This document shows, piece after piece, positions 24,535 through 36,354 of a DNA stretch of 64,000 nt (positions within the stretch are counted from its first letter, which is position 1; each line of letters starts with the position of its first letter). The notes below the pieces were generated by a model, which worked only from the letters and a program-made list of their open reading frames with translations, did no database searches and was not told the DNA's origin. Both the position numbers and the translations under genes were made by a program. The DNA comes from Tubiluchus corallicola (taxonomy: Eukaryota > Animalia > Priapulida), in the NCBI GenBank assembly GCA_030141605.1, contig JAQGDQ010000597.1, forward strand, positions 1-64,000, in the 5' to 3' direction.

Positions 24535-24720
24535 TTATTTGGTGACCCCCGTGCTGAACAGCGGAAATGTTGTACCGAACTGACTGTTGATCGGAGTCTT
24601 CGGGGACGGGCACACGTAGAGGAAGTCGTCCGACTGCAAGTGCCGATTTAACGTCGGTTCGGACGTGCTGCGATGGATCTTGGGCAGGGAGCGAGCGAGG
24701 GATTCTATCGATGCCAAAAT
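24535..24720 (-). CDS. Braf: B-Raf-like kinase, canonical last exon (14-3-3 site RSTSEP, SPKTP)
   Basis: [26 protein letters not shown]...[25 protein letters not shown]; acceptor tcttgcag. Confidence 0.96.
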   Translation of the reverse strand: MLASIESLARSLPKIHRSTSEPTLNRHLQSDDFLYVCPSPKTPINSQFGTTFPLFSTGVTK

Positions 24721-25306
24721 CTGCAAGATATAAAAAGAAAATCCTGACTCCACTATGCTGAGCATGTGCAATGTATAACTGAGCACAAACACAGCAGTGG
24801 TAATGTGTACCATATGCAATTGGAAATAAAAAGCAATTTGTACTAACATTATGTCTAACTATTAAGTGAATGAAAACTGTTGTTGAAAAACACAAAAAAC
24901 TGTAAAAATTTAAACTTGTTTTACCTTAATATCTCTCTTTGCTATTACACTTAGAGGTGTAATAGCCATCCATTTTTACTTTTCGATATTTTTTTCTAAC
25001 TGTAATTTAAAAATAACACTCCTTTCCAATCACACACATAATTAAGCAAACTATGGCACGTCACTAAGCTGTTTTGCTTATCAAAATTTGACACAATGTT
25101 AGCAATGCAACACGAGTTATAATAGCATGATGTGACAACATCAAATGTTTGATTTTCATAGAGGCATATCAGCATAGCTTCAGCAAAGCGACAGTTGCTG
25201 ATCGCAGTAACAGGTTCATCAAGGTTTAACAAAAATTGTTTCAAAAATGTTAATCAAAAACACAAGAACACTCTTGATTGTGACAAAATCAGTTTGAAAA
25301 ACTAAC

Positions 25307-25441
25307 CTGAGGAAAAAGAGGTCTCTCTTCTCTGTTAAACTTAACACAATCCTCAACTAAGCGTCCGAAAGCTTTTGGCATGTCTGAACGCGTATTTGTC
25401 AGCTGCGGCCGCAAGTAACCCCGCCCAACCATGAACAAGAT
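25307..25441 (-). CDS. Braf: B-Raf kinase exon (135 bp)
   Basis: [45 protein letters not shown]; GT-AG, phase 0-0. Confidence 0.97.
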
Positions 25442-26217
25442 CTAAAACGAAACAACACAGTGGTCACTATGGGTCAAAAGTACAAGGAAAGACACCTACA
25501 TCAGCGGACATGCTAATTTAGACTACAAAATTCATTTGAACAATCTTTTTATAACTGTATTCCAGCTAAATAAGTGTCAGGTGATTTTTCACATTTTGCA
25601 AATAGATAAGCATTCTGTGATATAACATAACTTATTACTCATAATATATATAGCACATTACTCAAACATAATAATACTGATACTAAAGTTTGTACATTAA
25701 TGCAGCAGAGAAGATACTGGATGTGAGAGTAAGGCATCAAATATAGGACCGTGCACAGTTAGTATTTTGAAAGATAGGTGTCCATTGTTAACTAATAGCT
25801 ACTAACATTGCCATCGAGGACCAATGATTTCGAATCACAAGCCAGCTCAGTCAGGAAAAGGATAACTGATCCAGCTTTTGAGCAGATTTGAATTTGGGAT
25901 TGGTGTAACGGAAGATCAAACGAAAATTAATTTATAATAAATTCTAAATTCATTCTAACTTTTTTTACTACACAGAGTATAAGACAGCATCAAAAGTTTA
26001 AAAATTTCCCAGCTTTTGGCAGAGTAGAAAATAGTAGACGTTTTTGTATGGAAAATGATAAAAAATTTCTGGCAACATGATCTGATACAAATCAAAATCA
26101 GAATCCAAGGTAAGGACAACTACAAATTGACGACGAAACTCTTATTTGCTGGTGTCAGTTTCTTTGCTGCTGAGTAAACTATAACATTCCAATTCACTAA
26201 GTTGTTAATGAATTCAC

Positions 26218-26349
26218 CTGATCTTTATTGTTTATATGAGTGTACGGTAGCCCGCCAGTGATGAGTTCAAACAACACAATACCAAATGCATAGACGTCAG
26301 ACTGGAATGTATACGGACTCGGTTCCTGCATTCGAATTACTTCCGGTGC
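26218..26349 (-). CDS. Braf: B-Raf kinase exon (APE, 132 bp)
   Basis: [44 protein letters not shown]. Confidence 0.97.
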
Positions 26350-26828
26350 CTGCAAACATAAACATGAGCAACAACAAATATTATTGTGAAAGGCTTCCCA
26401 ACTGAAAAGTTACTAGCAGCCAAGCATGCTCAATATATTTAAAGAGACAGTGAGATTTTAGCAACAACACTTGATTGTACTCTCGGTAACTTGTGAAACC
26501 ATCAAGCAGCAACAAACACTTTGCTGATAAAACATTTGTGGATTTTTTGCTTATGAGAAACCTGTGTGAGGCAACAACAGCACGACAAGGTAGTGTGCAT
26601 AAGAGGCACCACATTACTTCAATGCCACCATATCGCCAATGATTTTACTGCCACGTTTGTGATGCAAACTTTCTGGATTTTCTGAAAAAAACTTGAAAAT
26701 GGCATTGGTAATGCAATCGATTTGCAATGGCAGCTGACTAAATTGATTAGTTGGTCTCACCACTAATAAAAACAGCAGATAATGACAGAAGAAAATAGTG
26801 TTGGCCTAATGATCAAAGTCAAACTCAC

Positions 26829-26997
26829 CATCCACAATATGGAGCCAGTTGGCTGCAAATATGAGTGATCCGAGTCGCTCCACCTGTTTTTGACTGTCGC
26901 CAGGCCAAAGTCTCCGATTTTCACCGTCATGTCGTCGTGTAAGAAGATGTTGTTTGATTTCATGTCCCTGTGTATGATTTGCTTTGCATGCAGATAG
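26829..26997 (-). CDS. Braf: B-Raf kinase exon (HRD, DFG, activation segment)
   Basis: [56 protein letters not shown]; phase 2 to 0. Confidence 0.98.
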
Positions 26998-27935
26998 CTA
27001 ATAACAAGAAAAGAACAAAGTGATAAAGCAACAATTTATTAATACTCCAAATAATGGGAGTGAAGGCACGTGCTTGTCTTCAAAGTTAAATAACACCTAA
27101 CTCGATAGGCAAATGGATGGTGGGACATCGGAAAAACTGATTCCATGCATGTCGAAAACAGCTATTTCCTTCACAAATGTGCTGGATTTTGGCGCATATA
27201 AGTTCAGACAAACTTCTATGTATTGTAATACAAAGGTAGCTTGCTAAAATTAAAACTCCGTCAAGGCTTATTCGCATTTCTTCCTTGCAATCAAGGTAAA
27301 GTTTGGTTTCAAAACTGCTATTCCCACCGGTTTGCTCAATCACAGTCAGCAACTTACTAAACTAACACTTTAATATCGTACGCAAATGTCACACTTTTCA
27401 TTTTAAAAAGCACATTAATGTTCATTTTGGGAAGACGTCTCTCAGAAGCATTCCAGTGTTTAATGGCCTAGAAGATGTTGCAGGTTCTGATGTTTTTTAC
27501 ACAAATTGTCCGAGACAAGATCAGGGACAGTTCAAGGTTTGGCAGTAAAAATATGAATGTTTCAAAAAGCTAGAATCTGTAACAACTACTTTGTTGGTGA
27601 TAAGAAATGTCTGTTAATATTCTCCTTAAAGCGAGATGTAGTTAAAAAGAAATAATTTTTCTCAAACAGTTCCACGGGTTAACTAGATCTATATGTACAA
27701 AAACTACAAAAACGCAGAGAAAAGAGCTAAGAAAGATATACATGAACATAAAACAAGACAGGCAAACAACTTCCATGCTCCCAAGTGTAAAACAAATGTT
27801 TTGTGTGTAATGCTTTTTAACTAGGTTGCATTTTACTTTTTTTATTGGTCAACTAACAAAAAATATAACTTTTTCCAACATAAAAAGGTGAATAAGTCAG
27901 TAGACATCAACACCTCCATGTCAGAAGAATATCTA

Positions 27936-28521
27936 CCGTATATGAACAAGACGAATTTTTGGGAGGCGATTTTAAGGTGAAATTTTTGGGGTCGACTTAT
28001 GCTTACGATATGTTTTTGCGAGATGTTGCTAAATAGGCGTCTACAATACGAATATGCAAAGAAATAATCCTTCATTATACGCTGGACTGAATGAACACTC
28101 ATACTGTGATACTTCGCATCAGAGAATGTTCGCATCTTGACATTACTTCACAAAATTAACAAATATTACTGTAATTTATTTTAATGTATGTGAAATTAAG
28201 TTAAAATTTATATATTACCGGTAAATAAACTAGCGACGGATCACTCGATCCGAATCTGGAAACCGCCAAAGCTGTGCAGGTACTGCCGCCTGTCGGCTTC
28301 CGTGGGGAAGTTTTACACTGGCCTTGTATATGCGTGTTTTATTGGCAAAATATCGATTACCAATTAATATTACTCGGCAATTGTTGACATCATTTACTCT
28401 GGAAGATCTTAATATTTTATGGTGGACTTGTACTCAGGTAATATATAAAATGATGCAATTTTTGGTCTTAAAATGCACATCGACTTGTACGCAAGTTCAA
28501 CTTGTACACACGTGTATACGG
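27936..28521. mobile_element. Tc1/mariner (pogo-type) MITE
   Basis: TA-CCGTATA...TATACGG-TA termini with TA flanks; subterminal TCGACTT(A/G)T motifs near both ends. Confidence 0.65.
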
Positions 28522-28816
28522 TAAGTCACGTAGATATCACAAGAACTTCTATACCTTTTAGCTTACTACAAGTAACTGCTTGTAGAAAGCTGAGAAGAGG
28601 TTTTGTCGATGGCGCAATGACCTAATTCTTTTTTAATAAAATTTGTAAATAAATAAATATAGTAAATATATTACCAGAGCACCTCCATAAAAGCAGCGAC
28701 AAGAGAAAGTTACCAAGTAACAGACCGACAAGGAACTGAAGCCAGCCACAAAACTCACTTCTAATTAGACCAGACCAAATTAACAGTCAAGCAACGTGTA
28801 AAATATAATTACTTAC

Positions 28817-28993
28817 TCCATGCCCTGAGCGGTTTGTCGAGATATCTCAATCAGCTGCAGCATCTCAAACTTCGTCTCGTTGACGTGTATGTGCTTGTAC
28901 AAGCTGGAACCTTCGCACCACTGAGTTACGATTGCTAGCCGAGGCTTCGACACACAACCCATAAATAACAATATATTCACGTGCCGCGTTTTC
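28817..28993 (-). CDS. Braf: B-Raf kinase exon (KTRH dimer interface, hinge; 177 bp)
   Basis: [58 protein letters not shown](D); phase 2-2. Confidence 0.98.
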
Positions 28994-29279
28994 CTGGAAC
29001 AGATTTAGATTCGCAGAGTTCACCTTTTGCGTTTAAAAGTTTTCTAAACGCTTTCAATTTTTCTCCGTCAATTGACAGGACTGGCTACTAATTAATACAT
29101 CCAGGTTAATTTCAATATGTAATGGAAGAACGATAGTAACAAAGAAATACTAAAAAAACAGATACAATAATGGTTGGAAAACATTAGTTTTTTCACCATT
29201 CAGCTGGTTATAGTTCCTTAATGCCATTAGTGTCTTCAATGTAGTAATAAAAAAGAAAATCAATTAAATATTTGATACA

Positions 29280-29741
29280 GTTTAAACTCAAATTAAATCC
29301 TCACTATAATATAAGTTTTTACAACCTAAAATCCTACTCTCATTACAAATATTCAATTTATTTTATTATAAACTTACTGCAAAACTTGTTTCTTTTGATT
29401 TTTTATCACTTCGTTGTTAGCAGTATTAAATTTAAACAACCGCTATTTTTCATTGCATGAGACGAATGAATTTATGAGTACAGTCACTAGGTCACCAAAG
29501 ACTGGTAAGCAAACATCGGTAACCAAATACACTTTCTGTGCCTTGTACGTCATTCTTGCTCACTCGCTCCAAAGACGCGGAACATGGCAATATTTACGGT
29601 GAAGCACGCATTCAAAATTCGCAAAGAAAAGGTGAGTTATGTAACTTATGTCTCTTTTGTTTAATAATAACTATGAATTTTTAAAGTAATCATAATATTG
29701 TGAAAAAAAGCAGTGCCTGTTGGGGTTATATAGACCTGTAA
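29280..29741 (+). mobile_element. Dispersed repeat family C, copy 1 (DNA-transposon-like)
   Basis: Collinear with ~51530-52013 and ~63025-64000. Confidence 0.8.
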
Positions 29742-30257
29742 TACAGGAAACTAACAAAACAGGAGTTTATTAACTCACATCTAATAACATAACTTTAGCT
29801 TTCAGGCCTTGTTTTAAATTGTTTTAAATTTGCTTTAGTGGTGGCATACATTCAGTTTTAGTGGACTCAACTTTGATTACCATCATTACTAATAAGACTC
29901 TTGTTTTGCATTCATTTAATAGATGGCATACATGTAGCTAAAATCGCATGTATGATTTGCGTTGAATTATATCATGGCAAAAAATGTCACCATGCCTTCC
30001 ATTCTAGTGAGAAAGCAGCTGAGAATTTTACACATGCGAAAAACCATCCTAGGGTCTTGATAGACATGGTATGGTTAAACTGTGGTACATATATTTAGTG
30101 GCTATGCAAAAATTTAAAGTAGACTCAGCTGTTAACATGACACACGTTCCACTCAAGGTGATTCAATTAAAGTTCCAACTGCCAAAATCACTAAGAAAAA
30201 AGTGCACAGCAAGAGTCATCTCACCCTCTCAAAAATTCTGCTATTGTGTAGACTTAC

Positions 30258-30457
30258 TTTAAAACAGCGACTTCGTTTTTGAAAGACTGCAGTTGTGCGG
30301 GTGTAGGATCAGTAAAGTTGAGTTTCTTAACAGCGACCGGACCGTGCCAGTGTGCTTTATATACAGTCCCAAATGAACCTGAGCCAATCCGATGACCAAT
30401 GAGGATCTCATCGACAGGAATCTCCCAGTCTTCTATACTTTCCCGAGGATGGGCTCG
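30258..30457 (-). CDS. Braf: B-Raf kinase N-lobe exon (NtA motif SIED, Gly-rich loop, VAVK)
   Basis: [66 protein letters not shown](K). Confidence 0.98.
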
Positions 30458-31112
30458 CTATAACGCAAAAATATATGTATGACACCTCAGGCGACCAATC
30501 AAACAGGATTTAGATTCAATAATTAAGGAAAGAGTGGTTACTGGTTACAAAAAGTTTTGATTTTGTAAATAACCTTGCAATTTAAATAAATTTAAAGAGG
30601 TAATTTTAGGTTAAACCTTGGATATGCATTTCGACCATTAATTGCCTTAAGCTTTTGTGAATGATGAGGTAAACATTAAACAAAATGGGCTGCTCATACA
30701 TCTGGTAGTATCACTACATAGTTCAATAAAAAAGAACAAAATGTCTTAACAAAAACATGTCTAGATATTGATTTTGCAGCATATGTAAATGAACATACAT
30801 CAAAAAAGTACAGTAGGACCGTTACTTAAAGATTGTCAAAAGAAACAAAAAAGAGACGAAAAGATCCCAGGTGACATTCACGATTTAAATTCCATTTTAA
30901 TGAACGCACAGCATTATTTTAGCACAAGAGTATTGATGCACTTGAATGTAAAAAAAGTACTGAAATTTCACCTTGGTGCTTTAATTATGATCTATTTGAT
31001 ATCAAATCATAATATCGCACAAACGAATTACTAATAAACAGCTAAATTAATCACAAACCTTTGTGGAAACGAGGATACTTTAGTTTGAATGTAAAAAGAG
31101 AAGGGCACTCAC

Positions 31113-31276
31113 CACTTTTTTACTACTCTCATCTGCAGACCGCGCCCGAGGTCGCCATGTCTTCAGCGTGTTCGTCGGAGATGCCTGCGTACTGTGAGCC
31201 TTGGTGGGCGACCCGCTGGGACTCATGTGGAACGATGGCACGAGTGGCTGGGCCTGAGCTGTGAATGAAATGCCAC
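31113..31276 (-). CDS. Braf: B-Raf hinge exon
   Basis: GGISFTAQAQPLVPSFHMSPSGSPTKAHSTQASPTNTLKTWRPRARSADESSKKV; phase 1 to 0; donor gtgagt. Confidence 0.9.
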
Positions 31277-31498
31277 CTGGTGAGAAAATGTGCAAAACAA
31301 GTGAACGTTAGTGCCAAGCCATGCTGTGATGCAACAACAACGATGACAACGACACAGTGAGACGACAGTAAATGCTACTATTAACAATATCAATGCAAAA
31401 ATAACTAACACAGTCTTATGATCTAAGCACTTACTGTCATACTCATTTCACATAAATATTAAGGGCATGTGTACAGTTCCTTGCAGTACACCTGAATT

Positions 31499-31987
31499 CA
31501 GTGGCAGCTCGTGTATAGGTACTGTAGAACTGCAGTACTCCCTATTTTTGCTCAATATTATCAATAATTTTCACTATAATAAGTCTTTTTCTTTAGTTCT
31601 TTCTGTATACTTGTACGGAACCAGAGCACGTGAGGGTAGTACTGTTTAATTCACAGCCCAGCAAAGTGCACTCCAGCAATTGGCTGTTGTGCTCATGCGG
31701 CCCAAGTAAAGAAAGTACTGTCGCTCACACAGCTTGTTTTGTCAGTTGCCACGCGCTTATCGTGAATGGATCAAACTTGAATTGCAACAATTTAGGCTAT
31801 TAGTGAGCAAAAAAATTTTTGTTTAAGGTTTTACCAAGTTTATGTATAAACTTTTGCATGTTTGTTTGTCTAAAATTACAATTATAACATTAAGATTACA
31901 TGTTTGTTTCGTATTACACAGTGTTAAAACAAAGGCTAAAATTTTCTAAAGCAGCACCCCACTAATTTCAGCTTCGAGCCGCCACTG
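31499..31987. mobile_element. hAT-type MITE in a Raf intron
   Basis: TIR CAGTGGC(A/G)GCTCG; TSD CCTGAATT / CATGAATT (7 of 8 match). Confidence 0.75.
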
Positions 31988-33407
31988 CATGAATTTATAA
32001 TTCATTATAATTAGCTCGGCCCAAAAACTTTAGCCACTTGAAATTCAAACAGATATGACATTTTTCAAGGGAAAAATCGACACTAAAATTAAAATTTGTC
32101 AGAGTGAAAGCAACATTTGTTGTTACTTTCAAGGCTACAAAATCATTTATTTGTCGATAATTATTTCTTAGCTGATTATATGGTATAAAAAATTACAGAT
32201 TTATTAAATTGCCTTGTCAGACTTGACGTAGTATGGTGTAGAGATGATTTTCAAGAATTCTTCTTTGGAAACCTGCAGAGAATGAAAGAGCTTGACCAGC
32301 ACGGAGTGGAGTTATCAGAATGGAGTTTCAAATCACCTGATACACAGACTGTGTTATCAATTCAACCTGAATTATAATGAACTAAAATCTAAAAGGTGTA
32401 CCGCAGGGAACAGTACCTAGACTCGTTATATGCATAAGAGAAGACTGTTGCATATTTGTATGGGCTTACCAGGGTGATCTTGAGGAACAGTCCATACAAA
32501 GTACCTTACTAAATTATTGAACACAAATACATAACAAAAGGAAAAGAAGCTAAAATTAAGGTTTTTGGTACAACTATTCAATGTGGGTGTCTCATTAACA
32601 ATGACAGGGCAAATCATGTGAATGCTGTACAGCTTGAACAACATGCCTGGCTACTTAAACATGCAACATGGAGGATTTATGAAGTAACCTTCTCCTAAAT
32701 TCCCCAAAGCTTGCATTTAATAAAACTATAGCATGAGCAGTAAGAATATAGATAGAAGTTCAAAGCAGATCTTAAAAAAGAAAGTTGCACACAAAAAAGA
32801 AAAAAATGCTTTTAAAATGTTTATTTTTTATCTTCGTGTAATTTTTTTTATTTTTTTAGATAGTACTAAGTTTAGCAAAATAAAGCAAGAAAATTAAACG
32901 AAAAATAAAAATAACGACAAGCAAAATGTGCCTAGAAATGAGTTTAGAAAGAGACCCCCACCCAATAAGAGGAATTACAAAACCAGAAAAAAATACAAGA
33001 TAAAGAAAAAGTTTACAGATTGGGTTTTAAAGCAAAGCAGACATGTCAGAAATACAGTGCAACAATTAGCATCTACCCGCAAAGAAAGTAGGGAGACCAG
33101 ATAGGATCAGAATTTAAAAACACAAATACACTGGCTCGGCAAGCTAGTTTCATGGCGGGCAATTTTGATATAGCCTTAGATATGGCTACAAGTCACACTC
33201 TTCGCAAAAGAAAAAATCCCAGAAAGGGCCATGAAACCTAAAAATTTCAGCCTCTTTCTGTAGCAGTACTTTTTGCAGCCAAGTATGAGATAGAGACAAA
33301 ACTGGCAAACAATGTAACTAATTGCATATATATATATATGCCAAATACGGTATCCCTGTCAGGCATCCCTACAAAGAGAAAGAGAGAAAGAAAGAGTGGT
33401 TAAGTAC

Positions 33408-33467
33408 CTCGTGTGTATTGTGAGCACTGGCTCCCATATCCACTGTCAGTCTCCTTGGCAAAGACAT
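33408..33467 (-). CDS. Candidate symmetric hinge cassette exon of Raf (DSGYGS)
   Basis: Long pyrimidine tract ttcttttgtttttttcggagcag|, donor GAG|gtactt; 60 nt, phase 1-1; (D)VFAKETDSGYGSQCSQYTR. Confidence 0.55.
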
Positions 33468-35397
33468 CTGCTCCGAAAAAAACAAAAGAACATGCACACC
33501 AACAGTTACACACGACATCCAGTAGGAGGAGCCAGGTATGCATAATGCTGCAGATAGCCACCGTGTGTTAATTGCATAAGAATGCAGTGTGTATAGTTAC
33601 TCGAGTTTCCACCAGGGTGAGAGCGGAAAAAGACCGGCCAATGTACGAAGATGCAATACAATGGATATGGCACAAATCTAGTAACTTCTGAATTCAAAGA
33701 AACATGCGTGAAACATGAGTTCTGCTTCCAGTGAAGGTGTAAAATTTTTTTAGACTTTCGAATACAGTATTGCCTTCATGTGCTGATTAGATTATTAGCA
33801 GTATTACATACACTGCCATCATCATTGACTCACTCTTGGGAAAAATTTCTAAAAAACTAATCCCATATCTCCTTCATGTGAAAATTTCACTCATGAAATC
33901 ACAGTTTACGAAAAAAGATTTCCTCTCTTGTGCTGGCATTAGTAATTAAGAAAGACTTGTCTTAGCCTTGAATGGATTTACATAAGTCCTACTTTAGAGA
34001 GGTAAAGCAGCAAGATCGGTACCGTGAATGAAATCATCCTAAGCAAGTATTGAACCCAGGCACCCAAGGGCCATTCACACGAAGTTTCTTATATAGATGA
34101 AGCACCACCAAATAAAAGCTTATTTATAAGTGATCAAAAATCTAAAAACTTGATTTACTCTGCAAAGCAAGAACTGGGAACTGTTATAAAATATTATTAT
34201 TTCTGTTTTACCTACAAAAAAGTACAAAGTAATAGTTCGGGCTACTTCTGCTATTTTGCAATGCTAGCTGAAATTATGGCAAATAGCGATATTTGCTCAA
34301 AGCACCTAACAAAAGGCCAGAGTGGGGTAAGCATAGCAAAATTTGCAAACTCCAGAACACAGGTGGAACCAGGTGACAATTTGAGTTGTGTGGCAGGGGT
34401 GTTGTCTCTGAGTGGGAACTCGTATAACTTGAACATCGCATTAAAATTCTGTTTACAAAGCAGAAGAAGTCGTCAGAACAATTGGGTAATAACACAATTT
34501 ACGAAATTTCAATCTACCAGTGTGAATCAACATTCAATTTCACAGTAAATTTTTATTATCATCATTTTATGATTATTATTCATGCAAATTATACAGTGAC
34601 AGTCACAATCAAAGTGGAAAAATTCCCAAAAATCAAGCTTTCAATGCAGCTGTACATGGTTTGACGAGCTCATGTGAAAAGCACGACAGGCAAAAAAGCT
34701 CCATCTCGTGTGCAGATTGGCAACCGAAATGCAAACTGCTTTGTGAACAGAAAAATACAGCACTAAATAATAACAACGCCAAAGCTTTCAGCGATACAGG
34801 TGGCTCCAAAAATGTTGACATTCAGAGCAGAAAGACTATTAAACGAACGGACTTTTCTCGAATAAAAACTCTTAAAATGTAAGCATTTCCGAGCATCCTG
34901 TATCGACCATATTGGTAGACGAGCTGTGCATTGGGAGAAGGGAGAAGAGTATCATTATGTTCTGCAAACATAAGGGAGGAATAGAGCCATTACCAAAAAT
35001 GTTTTGCAAACATAAAACCACGTGTGCACCACTAAGCAGCACCAACATTGAACTTCCACCACGATAAGCCTGTTTATTAGCAATGACTAAAAACTAAAGC
35101 AAAATTAAATCGTGAACCTGGCTAGTAACTAGCATAACACGAAGCGTCGCCAAACAGGACAAAAGAGAATAACAGAAGAATGAATAACAGCGCAGTGAAG
35201 AATTTTAATAAACCAAGCCTGCATTAAGAACGGTTGTTTGCTTTAATTATACACAGCATAATGAACAAGCTTAAACAGGTTGCAAAACAAAAAACAAAAA
35301 CGTCTGTGTAACTCATCAAATGTGGATGCACAAGCGACAATAAAGCAAACGATTTGCCAAATTAAATAACGTAAGATCAAGCAGCTGAATTACTTAC

Positions 35398-35440
35398 CTG
35401 CATCTTTGTAGTGTTGCCTACTCAAGGTGGCAGCAAATTC
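35398..35440 (-). CDS. Braf: B-Raf small hinge exon (43 bp)
   Basis: ccattttcag|EFAATLSRQHYKDA(G)|gtaagt; supplies the required phase 0 to 1 bridge. Confidence 0.85.
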
Positions 35441-35907
35441 CTGAAAATGGAAAGACAGATTTAATGCCAAGTCCTTCCAAATCAAAAGCATTCGAAGATA
35501 TAACGCAAATGACAGCAATGAAGTGTGACATTTCGATTTCTAACTAGTGTAGATAACTCTGGTGCCATCCAACAGTAGCTAAAGCAGTTAAATTCTAATT
35601 CTGAACAACGACCTAGTTAAAAATTAAGCAGTGCAAGTGCATTTTTGTAAAGTATGTAAAAAAATTGGAACAAATGTGCATAACACTGATTTGTAAGGTT
35701 TTGGTATCCTACACCCAGAAAGAATTGTAATTGCTAAAAAAATCTGAAAACTTCTAGTTTCATAATTAAACCATAGCACTCTAAATTTATGTGAATGAAC
35801 AAAAATATAAATAAAACATCCACATTATTCTCTTATTACTCATTAGTTTCCAATCCGGTAACAGAGTTACGAAATAACTAAAGAACATTCTTTCAACATT
35901 CACATTA

Positions 35908-36120
35908 CTAACCGCTAACCTGAATTGACCATATCCGTCAATGTAACAACTAGCCGCTAAGCTGAAATGACCATATCCGTCAATGTAACAACTAGCCGCT
36001 AAGATGAAATGACCATATCCGTCAATGTAACAAATAGCCGCTAAGCTGAATTTGCCATATCCGTCAATGTAACAACTAGCCGCTAAGCTGAATTGACCAT
36101 ATCCGTCAATGTAACAACTA
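35908..36120. repeat. 42-bp minisatellite, ~5 copies, abutting the CR2 exon donor
   Basis: Unit GCCGCTAAGCTGAATTGACCATATCCGTCAATGTAACAACTA. Confidence 0.95.
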
Positions 36121-36125
36121 CTTAC

Positions 36126-36354
36126 TTCTAAATTTGCATCCTGGTTGACTAGATTTATACAAACGTTTGGTGCCGAGGTGCTTCGTTCCCGGTGCGCCAG
36201 CGGTGTCGGGTGCGTTGGCCTCGGCGGCATCTGTTGCGGGGCACTTCGTACAGGTAACTTGCGAATAGGTGGAGGTGATGCAGTCCTACCCAAGGGGGAC
36301 GCAATGGAAGTAATGTTGATTGCCGTGTCAGATGTACGATTATAGGCTAAGATG
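36126..36354 (-). CDS. Braf: B-Raf CR2 exon (14-3-3 site RSTSAP)
   Basis: ILAYNRTSDT...LAHRERSTSAPNVCINLVNQDANLE; phase 2 to 0. Confidence 0.93.
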
